NCBI RefSeq assembly: GCF_009914755.1
Contig: NC_060940.1
Length of the DNA: 64,000 nucleotides
Source: the human T2T-CHM13v2.0 reference genome, Homo sapiens
Direction: 5' to 3' (one strand)
The notes under the pieces are model-generated. The model made no database searches. It saw only the letters and a list, made by a program, of their open reading frames with translations, and was not told the origin of the DNA. Position numbers and translations under genes: made by a program. Numbering within the stretch: position 1 is the first letter of the stretch; each line of letters starts with the position of its first letter. Below are positions 46,804-64,000 of the stretch, one piece after another.

Positions 46804-49800
46804 GATGGCCTTGGGAAACCAGGACACCCCCCTTGGGAGGCTTCTGTGATAAAGGAGGTGAGAGATGAAGGTGCCTGGGGCCAGAGGGAGAACTGTGGGG
46901 ATGTCAAGAAGTGAAGGGAGCCAAGAGGATGTGGTGACGACAGGATTCCAGATGACTTGCAGGCTTGTGGCTTCAGAGCTGGGATGAGAAAGCCCCGGGA
47001 GAAACAGCTTTGGCCTAAGATGCCATAGCCCCACCTGGCTGTGCGCTGCAGCCCTCCTACCTCTATCCGGGGCATGCTTCATCCCACCTGGCTGTAAGCC
47101 CAGCAGCACTTGCATAATTTCCCACTTGACTTTTGTCCCTTACTTTCCACATCGCTCCAAGATATTTACAACTAGTGTTCTTGCTTAGGACATAAGAGTG
47201 TGCCCCAGGCCAGGCACAGCAGCTCATGCCAGTAATCCCAGCACTTTGGGAGGCTGAGGTGGGAGGATCACTTGAGGCCAGGAGTTTGAGACCAGCCTGG
47301 GCAACATAGTAAGACCACATCTCTACAAATAATTTAAAAATTAGCCAGGTGTGGTGGCAGCACCTGTGGTCCCAACTATTCAGAAAGGCTGAGGTAGGAG
47401 AATTGCTTGAGCCTGGGCAGTCGAGGCTGCAGTGAGCCGTGATGGCGCCACTGCACTCCAACCTGGGCAACAGAGCAAGACCCTGTCTCAAAAAAAAAAA
47501 GTGCCCCTTATGGCTGCATCACTGTTTACATAACATTTGTCCTTTGCTGGAGACACAGCCTGTTTGTTTTTTTACAGTTTTTTCTTGTTGTTGTTGTTGT
47601 TTTGAAACGGACTCTTACTCTGTCACCCAGGCTGGAGTGCAGTGGCACAATCTCAGCTCACTGCAACCTCTGCTTCCCAGGTTCAAGCGAGTCTCCTGCC
47701 TCACCCCTGAGTAGCTGGGGTTACAGGCATGCACCACCACGCCTGGCTAATTTTTGTATTTTTAGTAGAGATGGGGTTTCACCATGTTGGCCAGGCTGCT
47801 CTCAAACTCCTGACCTCAAGTGATCTGCCCGCCTCGGCCTCCCAAAGTGCTGGGATTACAGGTGTCAGCCACCAATCCCGGCCTGTTTGTTTTTTAAATA
47901 GAGACAGTGTCTTGCTATGTTGCCCAGTCTGGTCTCAAACTCCCGGCTTCAAATGATCCTCCTACCTCGGCCTGCCAAAGTGCTGAGATTACAGATGTGA
48001 GCCACTGTGTCCGGCCCAGTGATGGAGCCTGTTTCTATCTAGACAGTAACCAAAACCCATGGCCGTTTCCTAAGACTATCAGTTTGCAAATGGAGTCCTT
48101 GAGCAGTTCAGTAAGGGGAAAACATTTTAGAGTTTAGGGGCTTTTATTTTAAAACTTTCATATTTTTACCGTGTTAAATTGATGACATATATAATACATG
48201 GTCCTGCATGTACAGACTTCTGAAAGATTCAAGTAACCAGAACAAAACAAGTCCCCTTCACCATCGCCTCCCACACCCACACCCAGCTCCGGGAGGTAAC
48301 AACATCAACAAACAGATGGCTTCCCTCCAGCCCCTTTCAACGCCTTCATGCTCACATGTAGTCCTTTATGTAGGTTGGATCCTATTATACATTCTGTTCT
48401 GTGCCCTCCCTTTTTTACCTAACAATATCTCGGAGATCTATCTACCTTATTCTTGTTTAACAACCACAGAGGTTTTCAGAGTAGGGAAAGATCATATTCT
48501 ATTTAACCACTCAACTTCTCTGAAGGATTTGGGCTGTTCATAAATTTTCACAACGTTACGGTGAACGTCACAGGACTTACATGCAGCCGCATGTGCAAGG
48601 ATTTCTGTAGTGCAGACTTCTGGAAAGGTGGAATTGATGGAGCATAGAGTAAGTACATTTAAAATTCTGATAGGGGGCCGGGCGCGGTGGCTCATGCCTA
48701 TAATGCCAGCACTTTGGGAGGCCGAGATGGAGGACTGCTAGAGTTCGAGACCAGTCTGGGCAACATAGCAAGACCCACATCTCTTAAAATTCTGATAGGG
48801 ACTACCAAATTTTCTGCCCAAAGTCTGCCTTTTTCTAAAAACAAAAAGTATATTTAATGACAAAAGTAACATTCCTGTAAACATGTAATGAATACAAACA
48901 AGGCCAGAAAATAAGGTTTAAAACACCCAGAATTTCATTACCTAGAAGTGGCGATATTAACATACATAGTCAATTTGAGTCATTTTACCATGCATATAGG
49001 TAGAGATAAATTTTTAATGAAAATGTGGTCAGAACGTAGACTCTTTAGTAACCTGCCTTTTGCAGTTAACTATATGCAACAAAGCTCTTTCCAAGTCATT
49101 AAAGATTCTTGGATTTTGTTTTGTTTTGTAAAGATGGGCTCTCACTAGGTTGACCAGGTTGGTCTTGAACTCCTGGCCTCAAGCAGTCCTCCCATCTCAG
49201 CCTCCCAAAAAGCTGGGATTACAGGCATGAGCCACTGCACCTGGCCTAAAGATACATCTATGGTGACATTCCAGATTCTTAACATCATTTAGGGACAAGA
49301 AAAGGGAAGCTTATGTGGAAGGAAGGAAGGTAAAAAATTTTTTTAAGACTATGCTAAAAGCAGCATTGACAATTCCTAACTTTGCTTATGTAGGAAAATT
49401 ATTCTACAACCCTGGTTCCTGGAGGTCTTTGAGAATCTGATAAAGCTGAGGCGGGTGCATCACATGAGGCCAGGAGTTCGAGACCAGCCTGGCCAACATG
49501 GTGAAACCTCATCTGTACTAAAAATACAAAAATTAGCTGGGCGTGGTGGCAGGCACCTGTAATCCCAGCTACTCAGGAGGCTGAGGCAGGAAAATTGCTT
49601 GAACCCGGAGGCAGAAGTTGCAGTGAGCTGGGATTGCGCCCCTGCACTCCAGCCTGGGCAACAGAGCAAAACTCTCTCGAAAATAAAAAGAGTATGGGCT
49701 CTTGATTCAGACACAAGAAACACAACTTTGAATCCTGGCTTTACTACATACTCTTCAAACCCTCCGCCTGTTTCTTCACTTGTAAAATACAGACGATAAT

Positions 49801-50026
49801 CAGCAGGTTCTAGGGTTGCTGTGAAGTTTAAATAAGTTCACACACATAAAATGTTTGCAACAAGGTCTACACACAGTAAGTGGTAATTAAATGCCAGCTC
49901 TCATTATTTCCAGTGTTTTGCCCTTGTGACATTTCTAACCATATCTTTGTGCACATCTGTGATTACTTCCAAAGGATAAATTCCTAGATGTAGAATAGCT
50001 GGGTGGAATCATGAGCATGTTTATGA

Positions 50027-50338
<312 letters not shown>

Positions 50339-50685
50339 TGAGCCTGGCCATGTTTATAAGATTTTGGATACATGATGCAAAACTCTTCTCTAAAGCCTCA
50401 GATTCAATGATGGTTCTAGGACTGGTTAACAATGGTAAAGAAAATGCACAAAAATCCTTGCCCTCCTGGAGTTTCCATTAGAAAGGGAGTAGACAGTCAA
50501 ACTGAAAATGTGATCTATTGGGAGGTGACAAGTGCTATGGAGGAAAATAAAGCAGGGCTGGGCTTAGGAGGGCTGAGACAGGGTGGGGGCTGCAGTTCTA
50601 CAGAGGGTGGTCGGGGGGCTTCCCTGAGAAGGTGACATTGGAGCACAAAGACTTGAAGGAGGGAGGGAAACATGCAGACGCCTGA

Positions 50686-50976
<291 letters not shown>

Positions 50977-51857
50977 TAAAGGCATACACCACTAGACATG
51001 GCTAATTTTTGTATTTTGGGTAAAGACGGGGTTTCGCCACGTTGGCCAGGCTGGTCTCGAACTCCTGACTTCCAATGATCCACCCGTCTTGGCCTCCCAA
51101 AGTGCTGGGAGGGAGCAGTGTTAATTTCATACCACTGTAGCTCTAGGAAGGGTGAAGCAGGCATTCAAAAAGACAATGAGAACTAATCAAAATTGTGTTT
51201 TCCTTGTTTCAACTTGTGCTTAAAAGCACTAAAAGGAAGTGACGACTCTCATTGTTTCCCAAGAAAATCAGAGGTTCCTTGTTTTCTCAGTAAAACATGC
51301 GAATATTTCAGATACTCAAGTCCAGATACTTTTTTCCTAAAACACTAAGAACCAAGAGTAAAATGAAAAGACACACACCTGTTTTGTTTGTTACTGGGTG
51401 GTGTTCTCAGAAAAACCATCTGCCAGGCATGCAACCCGAGGCAGTGTCTATCAGGGGAATGTAGGGCTGAGATCACAGTGCCCATGATAGAGGGTACCCG
51501 TGCCCAAGGCCTCATCCCTCCTCTTCCTGCCACACGTCCCACCACAAAGCCTCAGTCTCAGAGACACATGCAGAGGGCAGAAAGGCCAGCTCGGAGATTA
51601 CAGTTCAGGGTGAGGAAGTAGCAAACCACAGGTTCATCTGGCGGACCACTGTGGCTGAAATAAGTGAGCTAGAATTTCCACCCACTTCCCCAAACAGCAG
51701 AATCTGTGCCTTGAAGAAACTAGGAAGTTCCAGGGGCTTGGGAAGGACCAGAGTTTGACCTGAAATGGTTATAAATGAGGGGAGGGCCAGGTAAGGTGGC
51801 TCACACCTGTAATTCCAGCACTTTGGGAGGCTGAGGAGGGTGGGTCACTTGAGGTCA

Positions 51858-52349
<492 letters not shown>

Positions 52350-53166
52350 CTATTACCGGCATTTCCATCTGTTGCTTTGCTTGTCAACAATATGTCACTG
52401 ATCACCTACTGTGCACAGGCACAGGGCCAGGTGCCCAAAGAGAGGACAGAAAGAAATATATCTGGAGGAGCTGCCAGTTCCTGCAGGGGACGGAGGGGCA
52501 CTCTGAACCACAAGAGCCTTGGCAAAGTGCCCCTCAAGACTTCCCTTCTCCAAGTTAACACTTATCAGCTTGTTCTTTTTCTCCTCCTTTCCTTTCCCCT
52601 TTTCTTTGTCTCCATTCTCTCTCCTTCCTTCCCTCTCTTCTTCTTTCCTTCCTTCTTTCTCTTTTGCAGATTGGTACAGCTTTATCATCAAGAAGTTAGA
52701 GTTCACATAATAATTTGTCTTGATAACTGTACCTTAGTTCAATTTCATTTTTAGCAGAAATAACAAGTGCTTGTTGAAAAGATAAAACCATATGAAAACA
52801 TCAAAATAAACCTAGCAAATCCTCACTATCTCCATGCCCCACTCTTCCTCTCCTGAGAATCACTATTAACAACTTACCATTTACTTTCCAGGTAAGACTT
52901 TTCTCCCCCATGCATACACATATTTCTGTATACAGTTTTTAGAAAGTGAATATGAATTCTTCCTGTTTAACTTACTGGTGTGTTCTCAGCTCCTGGCACA
53001 TAGTAGGCATTGAAAGCATTTCTTGAACAAATAAATTATGAATTTCTGAAAATTATCTCTTATTCAAAAATACATCATGGGCCGGACACAGTGGCTCAAG
53101 CCTGTAATCCCAGCACTTTGGAAAGCTGAGTCAGGTGGATCACTCGAGGTCAGGGGTTCGAAATCA

Positions 53167-53412
<246 letters not shown>

Positions 53413-53569
53413 CTACCTCCATCTTTTTATGGCTGTGTGATATTCCATAGAATGGCTGCGTCATTATCCAACCAGAACCCTGTTGTCAGATGTTAGGCTG
53501 TCTCTGTGTTTTCATTGTTTGAGATGATTGTTCCTACATCCTTGCACACTTGTGTATTCTGTAGGCAAG

Positions 53570-54050
53570 TGTAGAGGACAGAATAATGGCCTTCCAAAGA
53601 TGCCCACATGCTAATGCTCAGAACCTGTGAATTTGTTACCTTGCATGACAAGAGACTTGCAGACGTGCTTAAATTAAGGCTCTTGCGGTAGGTGGGGGGA
53701 GGTGATCCTGGATTGTGGGGTAAGCCCATTATAATCATAAGGGTCCTTGTAAGAGAGAGGCAAGAGAGTCACAGAGCAGGCCATGTGATGCAGAAGCAGA
53801 AGGGAAGAAGGAGATGCAGTGACAGAAGCAGAGGCCAGAGTGATGCCATTGTTGAAAGGACTACAAGCCAAAGGAGGCCTCTAGAAGCTGGAAAAGGCGA
53901 GGAAATGAAGTCTTCCCTGTAGCCTCCAGGATTGTGGCCTTGCCAACCCATTGGACTTCTGTCCTCCAGAACTATGAGGTTATGAATTTGTGCTCCTTAG
54001 CCTGCCCAATTCGTTATTGTCATTTGTTATCGCCACAATAAGATGCAAAC
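53570..54050 (+). mobile_element. MLT1C/D LTR
   Basis: TGTAG...CAGAATAATGGCC...CAGAACCTGTGAATTTGTTACCTT...CTAGAAGCTGGAAAAGGC. Confidence 0.8.
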
Positions 54051-54082
54051 TGAGCCAGAGACCTAGAAATGAAATTGCTGGC

Positions 54083-54412
54083 ATCTTAGTCTGTTCAGGC
54101 TGCTATAAAAAACACCATACCCTGGGTGGCTTATAAAGAGCAGAAATTTACATTTGACAGTTCTAGAGGCTGGGATGTCCAAGATCAAGATGCCAATAAT
54201 TCCTTGTCTGGTGAGGGCCTGTTTCCTAGTTCATAGATGGCACTTTCTGGCTGTGTCCTCCCATGGTGGAAGCGGTTAGTTAGCTCTCTGTGGCCTCCTC
54301 CATGAGGGCTCTGCCTCATCACCTCCCAAAGCACCCCACTTCCTAATACCATCACTTTGGTGATATGAATTTGTCACGAGAGCTGGGGGAGACGTAAACC
54401 TTCAGACCAAAG
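54083..54412 (-). mobile_element. MST/MLT1A-type LTR
   Basis: TCTTAGTCTGTTCAGGCTGCTATAA...GTCCAAGATCAAG...CCTAATACCATCAC. Confidence 0.8.
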
Positions 54413-54987
54413 CACTGGCTCAAAGACTAAATTCATTTTCTAAATTCATGCACCATCACTCATACACACAGCGGTTTCCATCCCGCTCACTGCCCTCCAG
54501 CTGCTGTCTAATATTTCTATGACCTTCTCAAAATGTCAATCCCAGAACGACCTGCCTGTCCACACACTGCTGACCCGTGCATAGTAAGCATTCTGCTGGG
54601 TTTGATCAGCATCCTTGGGAACTGCACATTAAGCTGTGCTCATTCAGCTAGAAATGACCTGAGCGCTTCAGTCTTCAGTCACGCCTCTGCTGTCCTATTC
54701 TCGTGCCATTGGTTTGTTTTTGACATTGGGGCAGAACTTTACTTTTATCCCTCCTAAATTTCACATTGTCTAAGTAAAATGGGGAGAGATGAGAATCTTC
54801 AGTGTCAAATTACTGAGTAGTTCTTTGTTGCCATTTCATTTCCATGAGTTTTTGGAGAATGGAAAGAGCAGGTGGATTTGGCCCTTAAATCTCATAGGGA
54901 AAAAGAAAGTGAATAGAAATAACATCATAAATAATAGAGAGGGTAAAAGCCTCCATATCAGAAATGGCTCAACCTCAGGGATTTTAA

Positions 54988-55539
<552 letters not shown>

Positions 55540-55839
55540 TAGGGCAAGCAAGCTCTCAATGGTTGACAGTCCCTTGGGTCTTTATGTCCTGACTAGGAAT
55601 AGGAGGTCTTACAAAACTGAAACAAGTTAGAATTTGAAGAGGGCTAATTCCATCCCGGCCCCTCCTTTTACAGACAGGAACCGAGGCTGGGTCATCCGCT
55701 CCAGAATTTACCAGGCTGTGCATTGTAGAACCTCCTCATGGACGGGCTCTGTGTGCAGGCTTTACTCTGGCCAATGGCAGGTGCGTTACCAGACAGGAAC
55801 GCTTCTGGACAATGCTCCCCAACTCTTGTGTCAGAAGCA

Positions 55840-56620
<781 letters not shown>

Positions 56621-58205
56621 AAGCACCTTCTACCAGGAGACAGAATGAAGCTGGTAACAAAGGCCCAGAGACACTGGTTCCTTTAGCCAGAGCCTGGTGA
56701 TACTGCGGAGTACCTCGACAGGCAACCCTGAAACTAGTATCCCTGGGCCAGATGTTTAATGGGCATGTAAGAGGCTGTCCCTGAGTCAGAGCTTGCAGAA
56801 GGAGGGGCTGGTACAAGGTCCAGCCTCTCCTCAACTGTCCTGAGCCCCTAACTCAGCAAAACAGAAGCCCTGGCGTTCTTCAGCCACCTGCCATAGGGTC
56901 CAGCAAGCAATTGTCATGACTACTTACTCACATCCTTGCCATCTTTCCTCCCTCACTCCAAGAGGCTCACCAAAGCACCCCTCCCTACCCCACACACGGC
57001 TTTCCCTGAGAAGAGCTCTGATTAATTCATATGGTTGCCTCCTTCTCATGGCATTTCCAATATGTCATGGTGCCCCTTACTGACTGGCCTCCCAGGCAGC
57101 TCTCGGGCTTGCAGCTCTCAGCCTTGGGGAACGAGGCTGCACCATGTCCAGGGCCTTGCTGCCTGGGTGCTTACTGGTTTCAAAACATTGCCACTGGGCT
57201 GCTTGTCCTGATCCTTCCTCCGACTTAGTTCAGTCAAGGTTTGCAGATGTACCCTGATCTGTCACCTGGAAAACATCAAGACCCAGCCTGTCCTGTTTGT
57301 GTGTGGCCACTCAGGCTAATCCATTCCGCAGGGGCAGGGAAGGCAGCCCAGACTGCTTCCTTCCAAGTTCTTTCATCTTTGACTGGATGCATTTCTCAAG
57401 CCGACTCTCGGCCTAGATAGAAAATTGCAGCAGAGTTTTTACGTTGGGCAGTTCTAAAAATGCCACCTAAGAGCTTGCACCTGTGCTGAGTGCTTCCCAT
57501 GTGTAATAGAAGCACAGGTATGAAGGTGGGAATGTTCCCAGCTGTCCCAGGCCCACTAAAGAGGGCTCTGGCATTGCCTACTGTTTGCTTCCACGCCCTC
57601 CCTAAAGCATCTTGCCACTGCCAGACAAGTTCTGAGAGACAGAAGGGGAAAGAACTGTCCCGAAGAAGCAAGGTCAAAGGCAGTACACCTCATGGCAGGT
57701 GGCAACAGGACTGCTGTGCAGACTCACCCGTTGAACATGCTATGAGTGCTGCCTTCTGTAATTGGGCCCCTGGCTGCAGGGCAGAGGCCTGGCAAGGTGG
57801 CAGGGGTGGAGCAGACATGAGTAGAAGAAGGAGATTTTCTGTAGAGGAGGATAAGCATCTTATGGGAGTTGCATGTGTTACAGAGGACGGTGATGAGCCC
57901 AGAGTGGCTGTGGCATATACGCCTAGACCCCCATCATGTTCTTCAGGAGACATGAGCACTCACTGGAATTCCAATGGGCTGTTGTTCTTTTAGACTCTAC
58001 CCCGAGACTGGACCACATGGGTCTCAAAACCTCCATAGGGTCCCACTTGCATTGTCCTATATAATCCTCACAACCACCCGGAAGCATTGGTGTTATTATT
58101 ATCCCCATTTTACAGATGAGAAAATCAAGGGCCAGGCAGGCCAAGTGACTGGCTAAAGATCTCCCACAGCCGATATGTGCAGAGCTGGTGTTCCGTGAAA
58201 GAGCC

Positions 58206-58457
58206 TATATTAGTTAGGGTTCTCTAGAGGGACAGGACTAATAGGAGATATATATATATATATATATATATGTTAAGAATTAACTCACATGAGCACAACG
58301 TCCCACAATAGGCTGTCTGCAAGCTGAGGAGCAAGGAGATTCAGTCCAAGTCACAAAACTGAAGAACCTGGAGTCTGATACTTGAGGGCAGGAAGCATCC
58401 AGCATGAGAGAAAGATGTAGGCTGGGAGGCTAGGACAGTCTAGTCTTTTCACATATA

Positions 58458-58491
<34 letters not shown>

Positions 58492-58687
58492 TTTTTGGCC
58501 TGCTTTATAGTCTAGCCTCACTGGCAGCGGATTAGATTGTGACCACCCAGATTAAGAGTGGGTCTGCCTTTCCCAGCCCACTTATTCAAATGTTAATCTC
58601 CTTTGGCAACACCCTCACAGACACACTCAGGATCAATACTTTGCATCCTTTAATCCAATCAAGTTGACACTCAGTATTAACTATCAC
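58206..58687 (-). mobile_element. MLT2A (HERVL) solo LTR
   Basis: ATTAGTTAGGGTTCTCTAGAGGGACAG...(TA)n...TTTGGCAACACCCTCACAGACACA...CAATCAAGTTGACACTCAGTATTAAC. Confidence 0.9.
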
Positions 58688-58696
58688 GGAGCCATA

Positions 58697-59102
58697 TGTG
58701 CAAAGCGATCCCCAAATGCCAAAGGAGCCAAGAAACAAAGGAGGCAGACAAATCCTGTTTGTCAGTATTGGATGATTTATTGGGGGAACTCACAGACAGA
58801 AGCGTGGTCTTGGGTGGCCATAATACAGGTAGATCTCCCACTGTTACTCCCAAGACCTCAGGCTTGTATACCATAGAGAAAGGGTACATGTGTTCCAGCA
58901 AGAAAATTACAGGCACCCCTCCAGAACAGGCAAGAACACTGTGTGTGTCACAGCCCACAATTTGTGCGATAACATCAAGGTTGACGTGTTCTTACACTAG
59001 GGACAGGAAATAAAGTAGAAACAAGGAGGCATTCACAGGACTAAGCTAATCAGAAGTCAAACCTAGGGATGCATCCAAAATGGAGTTGCTCTTGTCTCTA
59101 CA
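58697..59102 (-). mobile_element. LTR47-like ERVL solo LTR
   Basis: Ends GCATCCAAAATGGAGTTGCTCTTGTCTCTACA. Internal ATAACATCAAGGTTGAC and TAATCAGAAGTCAA. Confidence 0.65.
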
Positions 59103-59769
59103 GCTAGGATTTAGAACCTGGACCTGGATGCCTCACTGCTTCCTGCTTCCTTAGTGCCTTGTGGCCTGGAGTCAGAATAATCTAGCTCAAACTTGGGAGT
59201 CAAATGCTCCAGGGTCTTGAACTGGTCAGAGCTCTCAATGCCATAAGTACCTACAACCCCCTTGGGATGTGCTGTGGGGGACCATCAGGTGTCTCTGCAG
59301 CCCAGGAAAGGCATTCACAGTGCCCTCAGGGAGAGTCTGCAAGGGCTGGCCAGAGCCGCTGCCCACAAGGAAAGCTGGCCTAATGTGCTCTGGCTTCCCG
59401 CCTTTCTCCATTTGGCCTAAGAACAGAGAACACCCTCATCCCCCACCCTTACCCACACCCCCACTCCCAGGACTCCCCAGGCTGCAAGGGTCACATGGCT
59501 GGGAGGAGGCGAGTCTGAGTGGGTCCCCTCCCAGCAGGCTGTCAGTGTGAGATTACAAATAACTGGCAGTTCCCATAATTACTGTGCTGCCCAGAAGCCC
59601 GGGCTGTCTATTCTGAAGTAAGGGTGACTAAAGGTCAGGGCTCCACGATCAGCCCCGGCTCAGGTTCTGGTTCTTCCATGGTACTGGTCTCATGACCTCA
59701 GGCAAGTGAGCGAGGCAGGCAAGACTGGGGCTGGCACGCAGCTCACCCTCACTGCTGCATTCAGTCCAT

Positions 59770-60136
59770 TCCAGCACCCATCCATGAATCAGCACCCATT
59801 CTCCTGGCCAGCAGCCATCCCCTGACTGATCAGCACCCATCCCTCCTGACCAGGACCCATCCCCCCCAATTATCACCCACCCTCCTGACCAGGACCCATC
59901 CCCCTGACAAGCACACATCCCTCCTGACCAGCAGCCATCCCTCCTAACCAGGACCCATCCCCCTGACTAGCACCCATTCCTTGATCAGCACCCATCCCCC
60001 GAACCAGCACCCATCCCTCCAGACTACCACCTTTCCCCCAACCAGCACCCATCCCCCTGATCAGCACCTATCTCCCTTGACCTGCACTGAATCCTGATCA
60101 GCACCCATCCCCCTGACCAGCACCCATTCCCTGACC
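59770..60136. repeat. Degenerate ~19-20-bp minisatellite (CCAGCACCCATCCCCCTGA)n
   Basis: Roughly 17-19 diverged units visible. Confidence 0.88.
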
Positions 60137-63420
<3,284 letters not shown>

Positions 63421-64000
63421 GCAGCATAGCTGCAGGAGCAGTGATGGCATGCACTTCTGAAGCCTCTGGTTCATGTCCATCATTAGGTTCGGTCAGGCAC
63501 CAATCAGTCAGGGAGCTGCAACCACCCCTGTCTGCACTTCCCCAAGGAGTGACTGACCCTCCAGGGCCCATCTGCTCCCAGCTCCTCCACCTCATCTGCC
63601 AATTGTTACCAGACTCCCTGTGCACAGCCCTGAGCTGACGGGGGATCTTGAACCCAGGTTTGTTCCCGTGTACCCTGATCTAGGGGAAGCATCCAGTGGA
63701 AGCTGCTGCTTGGCCTCCAGGCCCCAAAGATATGATACAGATGCCTGCAGCCTTGCCCACCACTACCACTCATCTAAGGAATGTGTCCAGAACCTACAGA
63801 CTCTGTGTATGTGTCCATGAAACAAAAGGCTGAATTATTTCCTGATGTTTCACTTCAGACTGAGGTTTGCTGCAAAAGATGAAGGGAGACAGAAAGAGAT
63901 TCACCCACAGAAGTGAGACTTCATTTCTGGAGGGGGAGAGGCCAGGGAATGGGTGACCCTCCAGAAGGATGAGCTAGAAAAACAGGGTCTCCCAATAAGC

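Noticed and set aside
57396-57993. Overlapping ORFs (to 167 aa) in unique GC-moderate DNA
   Set aside because: No recognisable domain or exon structure. Could belong to a lncRNA or enhancer, but that is unsupported from sequence alone.

Overview
This is repeat-rich human/hominid genomic DNA containing one protein-coding gene, GINS3 (PSF3, a GINS/CMG helicase subunit), on the + strand; chr16q21 is from memory. Three coding exons (17847-18032, 28384-28617, 29787-30017) join in phase 0 to give the 216-aa protein. Intron 2 uses a non-canonical GC donor, and an in-frame 117-nt Alu-derived cassette exon lies at 20347-20463. Intron 1 holds an antisense full-length SVA with a short 3' transduction and a solo LTR12 nested in an Alu. 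Upstream is an old ~3.5-3.7 kb local duplication. Its second copy is bracketed by a 39-bp direct repeat, and each copy carries a U6 retrocopy that appears fused to an ancient L1 3' end. Downstream are about 30 Alus, a truncated L1PA joined to a 290-bp copy of neighbouring DNA, a 79-bp x3 VNTR, long purine tracts, and THE1 and MLT2A LTRs with DUX4 motifs. I found no CRISPR or prokaryote-type system and no second credible protein-coding gene. The most novel signals are the local sequence-copying events and the TE-derived regulatory/splicing elements in and around GINS3. Repeat subfamily names are from recalled consensus sequences and need Dfam/RepeatMasker confirmation.
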